This document shows positions 34,198 to 44,476 of a stretch of DNA of 44,590 nt, piece after piece; position 1 is the first letter of the stretch; every line of letters begins with the position of its first letter. Position numbers and translations under genes: made by a program. The notes under the pieces are model-generated. The model was not told the DNA's origin and ran no database searches. It saw only the letters and a program-made list of their open reading frames with translations. The stretch comes from Craspedostauros australis (Eukaryota), in contig JALAGF010003913.1 in assembly GCA_030167865.1 (NCBI GenBank), positions 1 to 44,590 on the forward strand. The letters are read 5' to 3'.

Positions 34198-35024
34198 ACT
34201 TTCGCACTTGCCTTTTGCTGCTTCGCCTTGTGGACAGGGGGTGGTTGTGATTGTGGCTGTGCTGTTTGGAATACGACAGCAGACCCGATCCCTTGCGGAC
34301 GATCAACACCGACTGGTCGAAGGAGGGTCCCGATTCATGTGCGCTCGTGAACTTTGCGTTCACTCCGCTTCCGGTCAACCCAGAACACTCACTTTTCTGT
34401 CTGTCGTGTCGTGTCGCATCTTGTGCTCTTGATTGACTTCGAGAACTTTGACATTTCCCTGTTTGTCTTGTCACGACTGCTTTGTGCACGAGCACGAATC
34501 GTGGAAAACGGACTCACTCGATCAATCGCAGATGTCATACACACGACTTGTGTACAATACCGTGATATGACGTCAGAATGATAGACGTGTCTTGGAGAGA
34601 CAACACAAATGACATTTAGTTACGAAAGGTATGATTGGATTCGACCAATGTTCGTGTCCACAATGATCCCGGACAGGATTCAATACAAGAGAGAGTCCTT
34701 TTGAGTTCATCGTTCAATGGCACTATTCGAACGAACATGTTCGTGTTCGATAAAGGTACCAGGGAGTGTTCATTGTGGGGAGTCCTTTGTGTGGTGTATT
34801 CATCTTGCTCTTTGTTCCAACCATAGTCTACACACAACTATGTCCGGACACACACGTTGTGCATTTGCTACCATCCTCACCCACAATCAGGAGGCAACCT
34901 CGACTCCTGGCGTGTGTACACAACACGTTCGTAAATGTACTAGGACACGTTAACACATAATCATTCCTCTGTGGAACGCAGCAAACTCTGCGTTGAACGG
35001 GAGGCCCACCTATCCACCTGCATT

Positions 35025-37010
35025 CTATTCGGGGAACAAATTCGGCTGTCCTGCGGTTTGCCATATGTTGCTGTTGTTGCCATCCCGCGAGTTGTGGATG
35101 CCTGACAGCCCGTGCTCCTTCAGGATGCGAATAGTGTCCTTCAGTCGCACTTCCTCCTCATCTTGTTCGTCGGTGTAAATGGATTGCAAGCTCACGGAGA
35201 TGTGGCTTGCCAGCGCCATGAGGATCTGCACATCGCGGTCCAGAAAGCCATGTTGCAAAGTATCGACGGATGCTTTGCGGAATCCTTGCGCTGCTTCGTC
35301 CGCCGCTGCGGCCTGTCCGCCAGAGATCTTGTTCATCGCCTGAATCACAGCGATCGTGCGTCCTTGTCCGTCCAGCACAGGCACGACGGCCATGTTCTTG
35401 ACGTGGGAAGGAATGACGGTCATGATCGAGCGCGTATCGTCGTCATCTTCATCACCATTGTTGCTGTCATGCCTGTCGTTGATGGAGGGGTCGGTGGCGA
35501 AATCAGGTTCGGCATGCACGTCGTAAATATTCCAGGGACGTCCGGTCATGGCGGCTCGAGACACGATGCCGCGGCCCAGCGGGATCATCAGAGCGGAGTT
35601 GGGGGATTGGGAAGACCCTGGCACCATCATCGTGGCGCCTTCGAGCAGGCGGATGTTGCTGGAGGGGTCGGAACCATCGATGCGCGATGTGATGGAATGC
35701 AACGTATCCATGACTCTTCCGGTTGCTGAGCTGAAACCCATGTCGTTGTCTGTGGATGCCGCGGATGATGAGGGCGACGACGACGACGATGATGCGGTCG
35801 ATGAGTGCATCACAGATGGCTTAATCTTGGGCAGCACGTAGTACATGGCATACAGGTGCGTCCCCGTCGCTGTGGGACGCAAGCTGCGCTTGTCGATAGT
35901 CGTCGACGCAGATCCAAAGATGGAGGTATGCCACCAATACAGAACATCGAATAGCGACGAGGATGATGCAGCAGTCGGTTTGGCTTTTGCCTTTGTTTTC
36001 CTTGGTTGCAGTGCAGGCGGTGGCTGAACGCGAAGGTACAGGCACGTTGATTCTGCTCCCACCAACGTCTTTGCTTCCGTCACGACGTCACGGAAGAGCT
36101 TCTCCAGGTGGGCATCGCGCTTCTTGCGCTCCGTCTTGTGCGGATCCAGGAACATGAGGGGGAACATGCCGATGATGCATCCGATGACAATGCCCACGCC
36201 GCAACCGAGCTGTCCCGTCCATCGCACGGAACGCAGCTGACGTTGGGCATCGGTGAGCTTGGGCACGGGGAGCTTGAGGACCGTGGTGCAGAAGTCTTCA
36301 ATGACGGTGCCCAGCATGATCCCAGCCACGTCGCTGATGATGTTGCCGATGGCGGCTGCGCAGAGCGTCGAGATTCCCAGCATGACACCTAGCGACGTGT
36401 CGATGGCGTCACCGGCAATGATGAGGATGGAATTGTCCATGATACCGAATCCGATGAACGGTATGGCCTGTGCGAGGGCCACCAGCTTGAGCTGGTCTCT
36501 CGTTGGCTCGGGAACGTGCGGAGTGGCGCCTGCGGCCACCTTGGTCGATGCTGATGATGATGCCGTGGTCGATAGATGACGCCGCTGCGTTCGTCTCGTA
36601 TGCTGCTTGCAACTCCGCTTGCAATGGCGGTGCAATTGCATTGAATCACGCAGTGAATGATTTGCGGCGTTTGTCGTTGCTGTTCGTTTGACGACATTTC
36701 GCATAGCAGAGTTCGTCGCCGACGCCATGGCAAGTTGCATGCCATGTCGAGCGTGCGTTCTACTTGTTGTGGTGGCATTGCCACGAGAAACGCATGCGGT
36801 GAAATCATTCATGCGCATGCCTCGCGTCGCCGACTGTTGGAGCTTCGTTGTACGATTATTGATGCACGTCAGCAGACTGTATTGACGAAGTTGGCGAGGG
36901 CTATGCTGTGGATGCTGATGATGCCACTGCCTCTGCAATTGAATTCGTTGCTGCAACTTCCACAGGAGCTGGCGGCGATGCATGCCCGCAAGCGTTGCGA
37001 TGGTGTGCAT
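35025..37010 (-). CDS. TMEM65-domain + GAF-domain fusion protein with mitochondrial-type presequence
   Basis: The N-terminus is Arg/Ser/Thr-rich and acid-poor. The TMEM65 signature is AIPFIGFGIMDNSILIIAGDAIDTSLGVMLGISTLCAAAIGNIISDVAGI...GIVIGCIIGMFPL. The GAF part is EAKTLVGAESTCLYL...IPLGRGIVSRAAMTGRPWNIYDVHAEPDF...KNMAVVPVLDGQGRTIAVIQAMNK...FLDRDVQILMALASHISVSL. Confidence 0.88.
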   Translation of the reverse strand: MHTIATLAGMHRRQLLWKLQQRIQLQRQWHHQHPQHSPRQLRQYSLLTCINNRTTKLQQSATRGMRMNDFTACVSRGNATTTSRTHARHGMQLAMASATNSAMRNVVKRTATTNAANHSLRDSMQLHRHCKRSCKQHTRRTQRRHLSTTASSSASTKVAAGATPHVPEPTRDQLKLVALAQAIPFIGFGIMDNSILIIAGDAIDTSLGVMLGISTLCAAAIGNIISDVAGIMLGTVIEDFCTTVLKLPVPKLTDAQRQLRSVRWTGQLGCGVGIVIGCIIGMFPLMFLDPHKTERKKRDAHLEKLFRDVVTEAKTLVGAESTCLYLRVQPPPALQPRKTKAKAKPTAASSSSLFDVLYWWHTSIFGSASTTIDKRSLRPTATGTHLYAMYYVLPKIKPSVMHSSTASSSSSSPSSSAASTDNDMGFSSATGRVMDTLHSITSRIDGSDPSSNIRLLEGATMMVPGSSQSPNSALMIPLGRGIVSRAAMTGRPWNIYDVHAEPDFATDPSINDRHDSNNGDEDDDDTRSIMTVIPSHVKNMAVVPVLDGQGRTIAVIQAMNKISGGQAAAADEAAQGFRKASVDTLQHGFLDRDVQILMALASHISVSLQSIYTDEQDEEEVRLKDTIRILKEHGLSGIHNSRDGNNSNIWQTAGQPNLFPE

Positions 37011-38037
37011 GGTGAGCGTGAATTCGCTTGCGGGCTAAAGGTGGATGGCGGCACCGTTTGATAAATGAATCTCGCGATGGCAGCACCTGGTGCCGTGAAG
37101 TTTGGTTGCTGTCGTTGCTTGTCGCCTTGTCTTGCAATCTTCGTCGAGTAGAATGGGGTGGAATAGTAAAGTAGAGTAGAGCCGCCGTGTGTATACTCGT
37201 TCCCCACCAATGCCCGCACCACACGTTCGGTGGCAAAGAGTGGAAGAATGAGTCACACCGGCAAAATCTCCATCAACCTCTTCACTGACGGCAGCGCGTA
37301 ACAACCACGATGATGGACCACGTTGAAGATACGTTGGTGTGTGTAGATATGTATTCTACAATAGACGGGTCCGGATACGGTCTGCTACGCTACACTGTGA
37401 AGGAGATGGCCGTGGTGTGGCTTCTTCGTGATGTGAATGTTCGGATGGCAATACCCGCAGAGAGGAGGGTCTGAGCAGACAGAGGTGGCAGAACGCAGTT
37501 GTGGCCGTGTTCCGGATTGTGTGATGTGGGGGTTCTGTTCCCCAACGCCGTTGTTCTCATTTTTCCAACACCACGGACCAAACGACCCATCCATTCGCGA
37601 ATCCACCCGGACTCGGGAATGCGCAACACATGAACAGTCTACGATGCAGAAACAAAGAGAGAGAGAGAGAGATGCGAGGAATACCTACGGCCACGAGAAC
37701 CCCCGCAGAGTAAACCAACGCACCTGACAGACGCAGCCGACAGACGCAGCCGACAGACACACTATGCGGAGACGAGGACGATGAGTTGGTTGACTCCCTG
37801 TTTGCTTTAGAGTAGCGTGGTATGGAACGTAACCGTTGTCAGAGTGCGGCAGAGCATGAGTACGCATAGTGCAGAGTACACGGCCTTGCATAGTATCGGT
37901 ATCACGCCATACCTTGTCTTCGCTGAAGCGCCAGCCCCCATTGCAGCCTGCCACCAGTGCCCTTTCTCGTAGAGTAGAATGATCGTATGGATCATCGTAC
38001 TCATACTCGTACATGTTTCCGTACATGTATTCGCACT

Positions 38038-39972
38038 CTACAAATCCTTGCAGATGCGACGGCGTTTGGTGGCGCGGGCCTCTTCGATCTTCGAGATGTT
38101 GGCCTGCTTGTTCTTCTTGTGGACCTCTTCGAAAGAGAACTTGTTCTCCCCAACAGCATTCTTCCATGCCTTCTTTCCGTCGATGTCCATGCGGCTGGTC
38201 AGGATGTAGGGTTCTCCTTCCTCAGGCGTAACCTCGACCTTCACTTCTCCTTCCTTCGCAACGATCTCCGTCTCGGACATGACGTTGTAGAGGATGGCAC
38301 CCTTGCCGGCTGTGATCTTTGGTGCCACGCAGTTCACCAGGATCGCCCCGTCGGCCGACAGCTCCTTGGTCTCGACCTTGCAGACCAAGGAGTCCTTGAC
38401 GGTGCCCTTGCCAATCTTGCTGATGAACATGTAGGAGTGCGTCAGATCGACCTCGCCTTCCTTGCTCGTGGTTGCCTCGTCCGAGATGCTCAGGAACTTC
38501 TTCAGCAGAGCGCACTCCGTGTTGGAATCCTCCAGGAGGAGAAGCGAGTTCTTGGAGTAGAGCTTGAGCTGTCCGTAATCCCACCAGCACGCGCTCTTTC
38601 CAACATTGACGGCTCCGAACAAGCCCATCTTCTCGCCCATGTCGAAGCCCTTCTTGAACGCTGCCATGCGCTTGTAGTGCGGTCCGGATACGGTCTCCTC
38701 GATGTCCTTCTGCTTCATCAGCCGCATGTAGTCGGCCTCGCTGAGGGTGAGCGGCATCCAGAAATCCGGATCAGTGTCAAGCTTGGCAGTCTTCTCAGTG
38801 AGCTCCTTGTCATACTCGGCGCACAACGCGGTCAGAATGGCAGCACTGACACTGAAGCTACCCAGGGATGGTCCCACCTGCCCGATCTCACCCAAGGACC
38901 CCAGCATCTGCACTGCTGTGGGATGATCCACCTTCTCGACCTGGGCAGCCTCGGCGATGGTGTTGTCGTCCTTGGCCTTCATGACGGCGATGACACCGTA
39001 CTTGTCCAGGCCTTGCTCCGTCCACTCTTCAGCGGTCGGTGCAGTGTCACCAAGCAGGGTGCACATGATGTCGATGTGGTGGGTTGGGGTGTACGCGAAA
39101 GTTTCGACGGATGGCAGGAAGACCTGGTCGCCCCAGTACACGCTCATGCGTCCCTTGCGAGATGGAGCGTAGATCCCCGTCTGTCGCACAACGGCCTCCA
39201 GCACTGTCAACGGTTCACCGTTTGGTCCCAGGAATGGAAGTTTCTGTTTGTATTCGCACGCATTATATGCAATTGCATCGAATTGCGTGGTGAAGAGGAT
39301 CGAATGATGGAATGGATGGAAGAGTGAGTCAAATGAAGAAGAAGAAGATGATGAAGAGAGAAGGAAGGGGGCAAGGGAGGGCGGATCGATGGGCGGGTGT
39401 ACTCATATGGCAGATCTGTCCCCAGGGCTCCAAGAGGCACCCAAACCTCCCTCCGATCAAAATCGACATCTCACACATGGTGCACCCTGAAGCAAACGCC
39501 AAACGCCCAACACCAATCGCAACATGACACAATGCGACAAAGTAGAGGCACCTACAACTCCTGGTTTGTTGTTGTTCTCGCTAGCAGGCAGTGGCGCCAA
39601 CCGGGTGCCTTTGCCAGCCGTGTGGTACAGCGCTGCGCTGATGGATCCATCCGAGAGCTTGGCGACCAGATCCAGACCATCGAGCTTCTCCTTTGCGTAC
39701 TTGACGGCCTTCTGCCAAGCGTAGAGAGTCCCGAGGCCGTTGCCGGCTCCCGATCCACCCCAGTCCTCGCTGACGGCAATGACCAACGGGAAGGCCCCGG
39801 CCTTGGCATCGTCGCCTTCCTTCTTGGGGCCCAGCTTGGACATCCAGAAGTCCGCCTGGTGGTCATCGGTGGTGCAGATGATGGTGACATCGTAGACATT
39901 CTCTGGCTTGGTCATGGCCGTCACGGCGGCCTCCAGCCGGGTGTTGATCTCTGCTTGGTCTGGGGCGGACAT
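38038..39972 (-). CDS. Uncharacterised sugar-phosphate nucleotidyltransferase-like protein; 2 exons (39972-39556, 39243-38038), 540 aa
   Basis: Intron 39555-39244 (GTAGGT...AACAG, phase 0) joins NNNKPGV to KLPF...LTVLEAVV. Motifs GAGNGLGTL, HTAGKGTRLAP and VYWGDQVF resemble nucleotide-sugar pyrophosphorylases, and the C-terminus has a hexapeptide-like beta region. Codon usage is strongly C/G-ending. Confidence 0.75.
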
Positions 39973-40321
39973 TGTCGTTTCTTCTTTGCTTCCTCGATGT
40001 GCTGTCTTCGATTGCAATGGCGAATATACTTGCGAATTCAAGAATAATGAAGAGGTTGCTTCTCTCCTTGGGTTTGGCGGATTCGGTTGCCTTTGGTTGG
40101 CTTGCTCTCTTGTGACTTCCTGTCGGCGTCTGCTGCGTCTCCTCTCTCTTTCTCTTTCCTTCGTTACCGTTGGCGCTATCACTGGTTGCTGGCCGCATCT
40201 TTCGCTCTCTCCTTGGATTTGGGTTCGGATCCTTCTCTCTTCTCTTTTGGCAGCGGTTGGGACATCATTGTGTCTTGGCGCCGGTTTTCGTGATGCCAAA
40301 TTTGGCGTTGTTGGCACGAAG

Positions 40322-40389
40322 TGTCGTGACCACTACTCGTGAATGAAACTCGTGACCACCACTCATGACTGCAAACTCGTGACTCGTGG
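40322..40389. repeat. Cluster of ACTCGTGA motifs with about 13-bp period in a divergent intergenic region
   Basis: TGTCGTGA 40322, ACTCGTGA 40335, ACTCGTGA 40348, ACTCATGA 40361, ACTCGTGA 40375, ACTCGTGG 40382. Confidence 0.7.
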
Positions 40390-41059
40390 ACGTTGAGTTT
40401 GTGTTTGTGTTCGCGCGACCAGAGATCTCATTTTAACGCCTTTCTGACGTGTCCATCTCATGAAAGAAGCTAATAAAGCACTTCATTGACGCACAGAATT
40501 CGTGAAATTGGACACATCTTGGCACGCGTGTCGTGTTCTGTTCCTTCTTCTCGTTGTTGTGTGCGCCAGTTCGTAGTCAGCAAAAGGAAGGATGCGCACT
40601 CTCCAGACAGCGTTGGCGCCCTCTCCCAAACCAGGGTGCGATCAAGAAACAGACAAACAGAGAGACGAGGAGAGGAACGGGAGAACATTGAAACGAGGCA
40701 ACCACACACACCGCTCAACCCCATACTCCAACACACCAACAACAGACATCGAATTGCCACTCACATTCATCACACAGTGCATGGCACTCATGCTAATACA
40801 AGCTATCGAAGACACACGATCAATATCTTTGCCATAGGCAGCTCAGACCACACACTTGCTCGACAGCCAATCCGGCGGCAATCGGCCAACGTCAATCGTC
40901 GAGCATTCATTGACCATCCTCTCACAATGCCGAATGCTACGAACGAACAACTCTGTAGTGCTGCCTTGGCAGGTGACTTGTCGGTGTTGAGGGAATGGAA
41001 CAAGCAGAACAAAACGCGGAATGAAGGAGTTGATGTCAACAAGATTACAGACAGGATTG

Positions 41060-41520
41060 GTCTGACTCCCCTTGAAAAGGCATGCTTCGGTGGCCGCCTG
41101 GAGTGTGTCAAGTACCTCATCGAATTATGTGAGGCGAACATCAACTGCAAAGGCAAGAATGGTTGGACTCCCCTTCATTGGGCATGCTCCAAGGGCCACC
41201 TGGACTGTGTCAAGTACCTCATCGAATCATGTGAGGCGAACATCAACTGTAAAAACAACCGTGGTTGGACTCCACTTCATCGGGCATGCAACGAAGGCCA
41301 CCTGGAGTGTGTCAAGTACCTCATCGAATCATGTGAGGCGAACATCAACAGCAAAAACAACGATGGTGAGACTCCCCTTCATCGGGCATTCAACAGAGGC
41401 CATCTGGAGTGTGTCAGGTACCTCATCGAATCATGTGGGGCGAACATCAACTGCCAAAACAAAGATGGTTCCACTCCCCTTCGTTGGGCATGCCAGAACG
41501 GCATGCTGGAGTGTGTGGAG
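41060..41520 (+). repeat. 102-bp tandem ankyrin-coding repeats (about 4.5 units), highly similar at DNA level
   Basis: The GA(G/C)TGTGT anchor recurs at 41101, 41203, 41305, 41407 and 41509, with a shared core tacctcatcgaat.atgtg.ggcgaacatcaac in four units. Confidence 0.9.
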
Positions 41521-41867
41521 TCCCTCATTAGAGGACTTTCGCCTTCAGCTCACCCACAACTACAACAACTGCAGCAACACTTGCAACAAACAAGCAAGAG
41601 AATGAACAACCACAAGAACAGTTGAGACAGCAGTTGAAGCGGAAGAAGCAAGATAATGAACACAAACACAGCAGCCACAAGAGGACCAACATCAGCATTG
41701 GAGAAGACCAGCTCAGATCATTCCAAACCAAGAACAGAGCAGGCACCATCTTCTTGTGTGGACAGGACGACGAACAGTAACCAATCAAGGCAAACGCCAA
41801 AGTCCTCATGATCACCCTCCCATCCATTCAGACACTGATCGACAAAGGAATCTAACATCACCACGCG

Positions 41868-42156
41868 GTTCCGACGACCTTCCAGTTGAAGCACACCTGG
41901 TGTGGATAGAGCAAACCGCCGCTCAACTGTGCACAGCAGTGGCCTTCAGGGCGCTGCTCAAGTGGATCCATCTCCGGGCCCGGAACAGCCGCAGGAAGTA
42001 ATCAGGACGTCGTCCTGCTCCCACCATACATGATACAAACGAAACCCAACACAACAACACAGATTTCGCGCCCTCTGCCCGCGTGGCGGGCAGTTGCAAA
42101 GGGACGGAGAAAGGCGCAGTCGATTAAGAGACTAATCATTGAGTTATTTATTTATT
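41868..42156 (+). mobile_element. 289-bp retroposed insertion (5'-truncated non-LTR retrotransposon or SINE-like) with 15-bp target-site duplication
   Basis: TAACATCACCACGCG occurs at 41853-41867 and again at 42157-42171. The insert ends in a TTATTTATTTATT tandem tail, carries the tail of an ORF (stop 41999-42001) and has a GC hairpin at 42075-42093. Removing it restores the BTB frame (DKGI*HHHAKDG...TTITLP). Confidence 0.8.
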
Positions 42157-43365
42157 TAACATCACCACGCGAAGGATGGCACCGAAGACGGCACGGCCCC
42201 CATCCAAACAACCATCACTCTTCCCAACCTTCAACCAAAACACGTCCGAGACGTCCTCCAATGCATCTACACAGGCAAGATACCTTCAATAACAGCGCTC
42301 GTGACAACGCTGCTGCTCACATCGGCGCCCATGTTGGCGCTCACCACGATGTAGATGCCTCTCACCAGCCAACTCCCACCCTCACTGGACAGGACGATCT
42401 GCAACAGCTGATCCTTGTGGCCAATGAGTTCGGCTTCTGGCGACTCAAGCTTGTTCTTGAAGCAGAGTTGATCCGTAAGCACATCACAGAGGACACTATG
42501 ATAGATGCGTTGATATTCGCCCATGAACACAACTGTGCACTATTGAAAGATGCGTCGATGAGGCTTGCAGCTGAGAATGAGGACACATTGTTCAGTCATC
42601 CAGATTTCAGCTAGCTGATTCCACACCATCAACTGATGACGGAGACCCAAGTGTTTTGCAGTGGGAGAATGGAGAGTGATGGTATTGATGACGAGTACAG
42701 TCCAATGTCGATGGTGGAGTTGTACAAGGCTGTGGGCGAAGACGAGGGTACAGCACAAGTGGATTCATACATGGATCGCGCAACGTTGATGAACTTCGTG
42801 CGCTCCTCCACACCCGCCATGGTGGCCGGGGCGCTGCTGAGGAAGAGGAGCGAATCACAACAACAGCAGACTGAGAAGTGACCGAATGATGGAGTAGAGT
42901 TGATGCGTACAATTAGTAGTCAGGGTAGTATCCATTGTGTAAGGAGGCAATCAACGATGCATCCAATGTTGCGCCTGGCATGTCGTGACATGTTGTTCTA
43001 CGCACGATCGCATCGTTCGCAGCACAGCCTGGCTGGACCGCAAGGCGTGATCTTCTGCCAGCAGCAGGTTCGCGTAGTCCGCCGTTGCTTTGTTGATGGC
43101 CCCGACGCTGTGCTGCATGTGATCCCGGCTGGTGTCCAGCACGTTTATCTGCAGTATCATCGGACAGTGTGGCACAAAGACGACAGGCTGGCCACCGCTG
43201 TCATCATCGTTGTCGTCACCGATCATACGATTTTCCATGATGTGGAAAGAGTTGTGTGAGAAAAGGATGCGGACTCCACGGAGTTCATGCATGGAGTGCA
43301 GTACTCCACTACAACTTGACAGAGCAGGATAAATTGCTACTTCGCCTTGTTGTTGCTGCGACAGT

Positions 43366-43993
43366 CTATCGATGATATCGCGCAAGGCGCACGCCAGCTA
43401 CCACATGGCTACCGATGCAGCCGACAAAGATGACGAACCAGGAGAGAAGTTGCTGATGCCAAAGCAGACGATTTCCTTGATTTGTTGATCCGATGAGTGC
43501 TGCTGTTCCAAGCCATGCTAGCGGCATCCTGGCACTTGTCAATTGGGTGCGCAATAGAGTAGACTGCTGCCTATTATAGCTCTGTTGTGCTTGTGGTTGG
43601 ATCGCTCGTGTAGTTGTGGTCCATCCAACGGCCATCAGCACACTGCCTTCGTTCCTCCTTCTTCATGAGAAGAAACAAGTGTATTTGAAAGCTTCCAAAA
43701 AGCTTCACCACAGCCACATCATGCGGATCTGAATCGGCATGAAAGTTGGAGCAGTACTCTGGATGATTTACGATGGTCTTGTAGATGTTGTAGCGATTCA
43801 TCGGAACAGCGCCGAAGGATTGCGCGCAATGGGATAAAGTTAGAACGATGTCCGGTGCGATGAGCGCGCCTCTGCACACATGCTTCATGCCATCAGTCAG
43901 GCTTGACATGAAGGGAAAGCTGAGCTTCGGATCCACCGCTTCACCATCAATGATCTGAGGCCGTGCATCGAAGTCATACAGCAGACGATGCAA
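43366..43993 (-). pseudogene. Degenerate trypsin-like (S1) serine protease relic
   Basis: PQIIDG...FPFMSSL...HVCRGALIAPDIVLTLSHC...HPEY...HDVAVVKL are eroded IIGG, CGG, LTAAHC and catalytic-Asp motifs. AVGW follows in another frame, and no intact GDSGGP is found in frame. Confidence 0.65.
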
Positions 43994-44087
43994 GGATGTT
44001 GTGTCTGCTCATGGACAATAACCTCCGATGTGGAAGGCGAAGATGCCGATGGAGCTGGTGTTGGTGTTGGAGTTGGAGTGCGTCTCC

Positions 44088-44107
44088 AGAGAGAGAGAGA
44101 GAGAGAG
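44088..44107. repeat. (AG)n microsatellite
   Basis: agagagagagagagagagag seen directly; a shorter tract lies at about 37656-37672. Confidence 0.8.
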
Positions 44108-44469
44108 TGAGGGTGGGAGCACAGCGCATCACCTGATCGACATGGTATGAGCATGGCTACGTACGCCGCTCTGTATCTCTACCCTTGCTATTGCCATTGC
44201 TCTTGCGATGAGTGACTGTCTCTGCCAAGAGTGTCGTCCAGCCTTGCTCTTCACTCGTATCGTCGTCATGGCCACCATCTCCTCTCTGCTCATCCGTCGC
44301 ATCACATCACATCACATCATGTATCTGTTCAGGGAGCCATGGTAATATAGATAATTTCCCTCGGGTCAAAAATCGAAGATCCAACGGGATTCATTCGAAT
44401 TGGCAACCACACAAACAAAAAATGACGACAACGACAGGCAAAATGGGTCTCCTGCGCGATGCATTGTTC

Positions 44470-44476
44470 NNNNNNN
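44470..44476. other. Assembly gap (7 N)
   Basis: Run of n characters. Confidence 1.

Larger units (their letters stand above)
40927..42881 (+). pseudogene. Disrupted ankyrin-BTB paralog of the 12566-14380 gene
   Basis: An intact ankyrin block (40927-41625) is followed by a frameshift near 41590. BTB remnants align to the intact paralog: IGEDQLR...TIFLCG...EQ*PIKANAKVLMITLPSIQTLIDKGI*; ITLPNLQPKHVRDVLQCIY; LILVANEFGFWRLKLVLEAEL; DDEYSPMSMVELY...SYMDRATL. Stops lie at 41778, 41853 and 42612, with a second frameshift near 42277 and a 289-bp insertion. Confidence 0.85.

Noticed and set aside
30115-37010. GPCR, selenoprotein and TMEM65-GAF as a functional signalling cluster
   Set aside because: Adjacency in a compact eukaryotic genome with mixed orientations is not evidence of a shared pathway without synteny or co-expression data.
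37987-39327. 446-aa plus-strand ORF
   Set aside because: Antisense shadow of the codon-biased nucleotidyltransferase exon; no recognisable motifs.
40486-40926. N-terminal 147 aa of the 379-aa ankyrin ORF
   Set aside because: TTG start and UTR-like composition; ATG 40927 fits the domain start better.
41060-41520. Regularly spaced repeats as a possible CRISPR array
   Set aside because: The units are in-frame 34-aa ankyrin repeats without unique spacers; the context is eukaryotic and has no cas genes.
42951-43385. DDSGGQP as the trypsin catalytic Ser motif
   Set aside because: The surrounding sequence lacks the expected Cys pattern and frame continuity; too weak to call.
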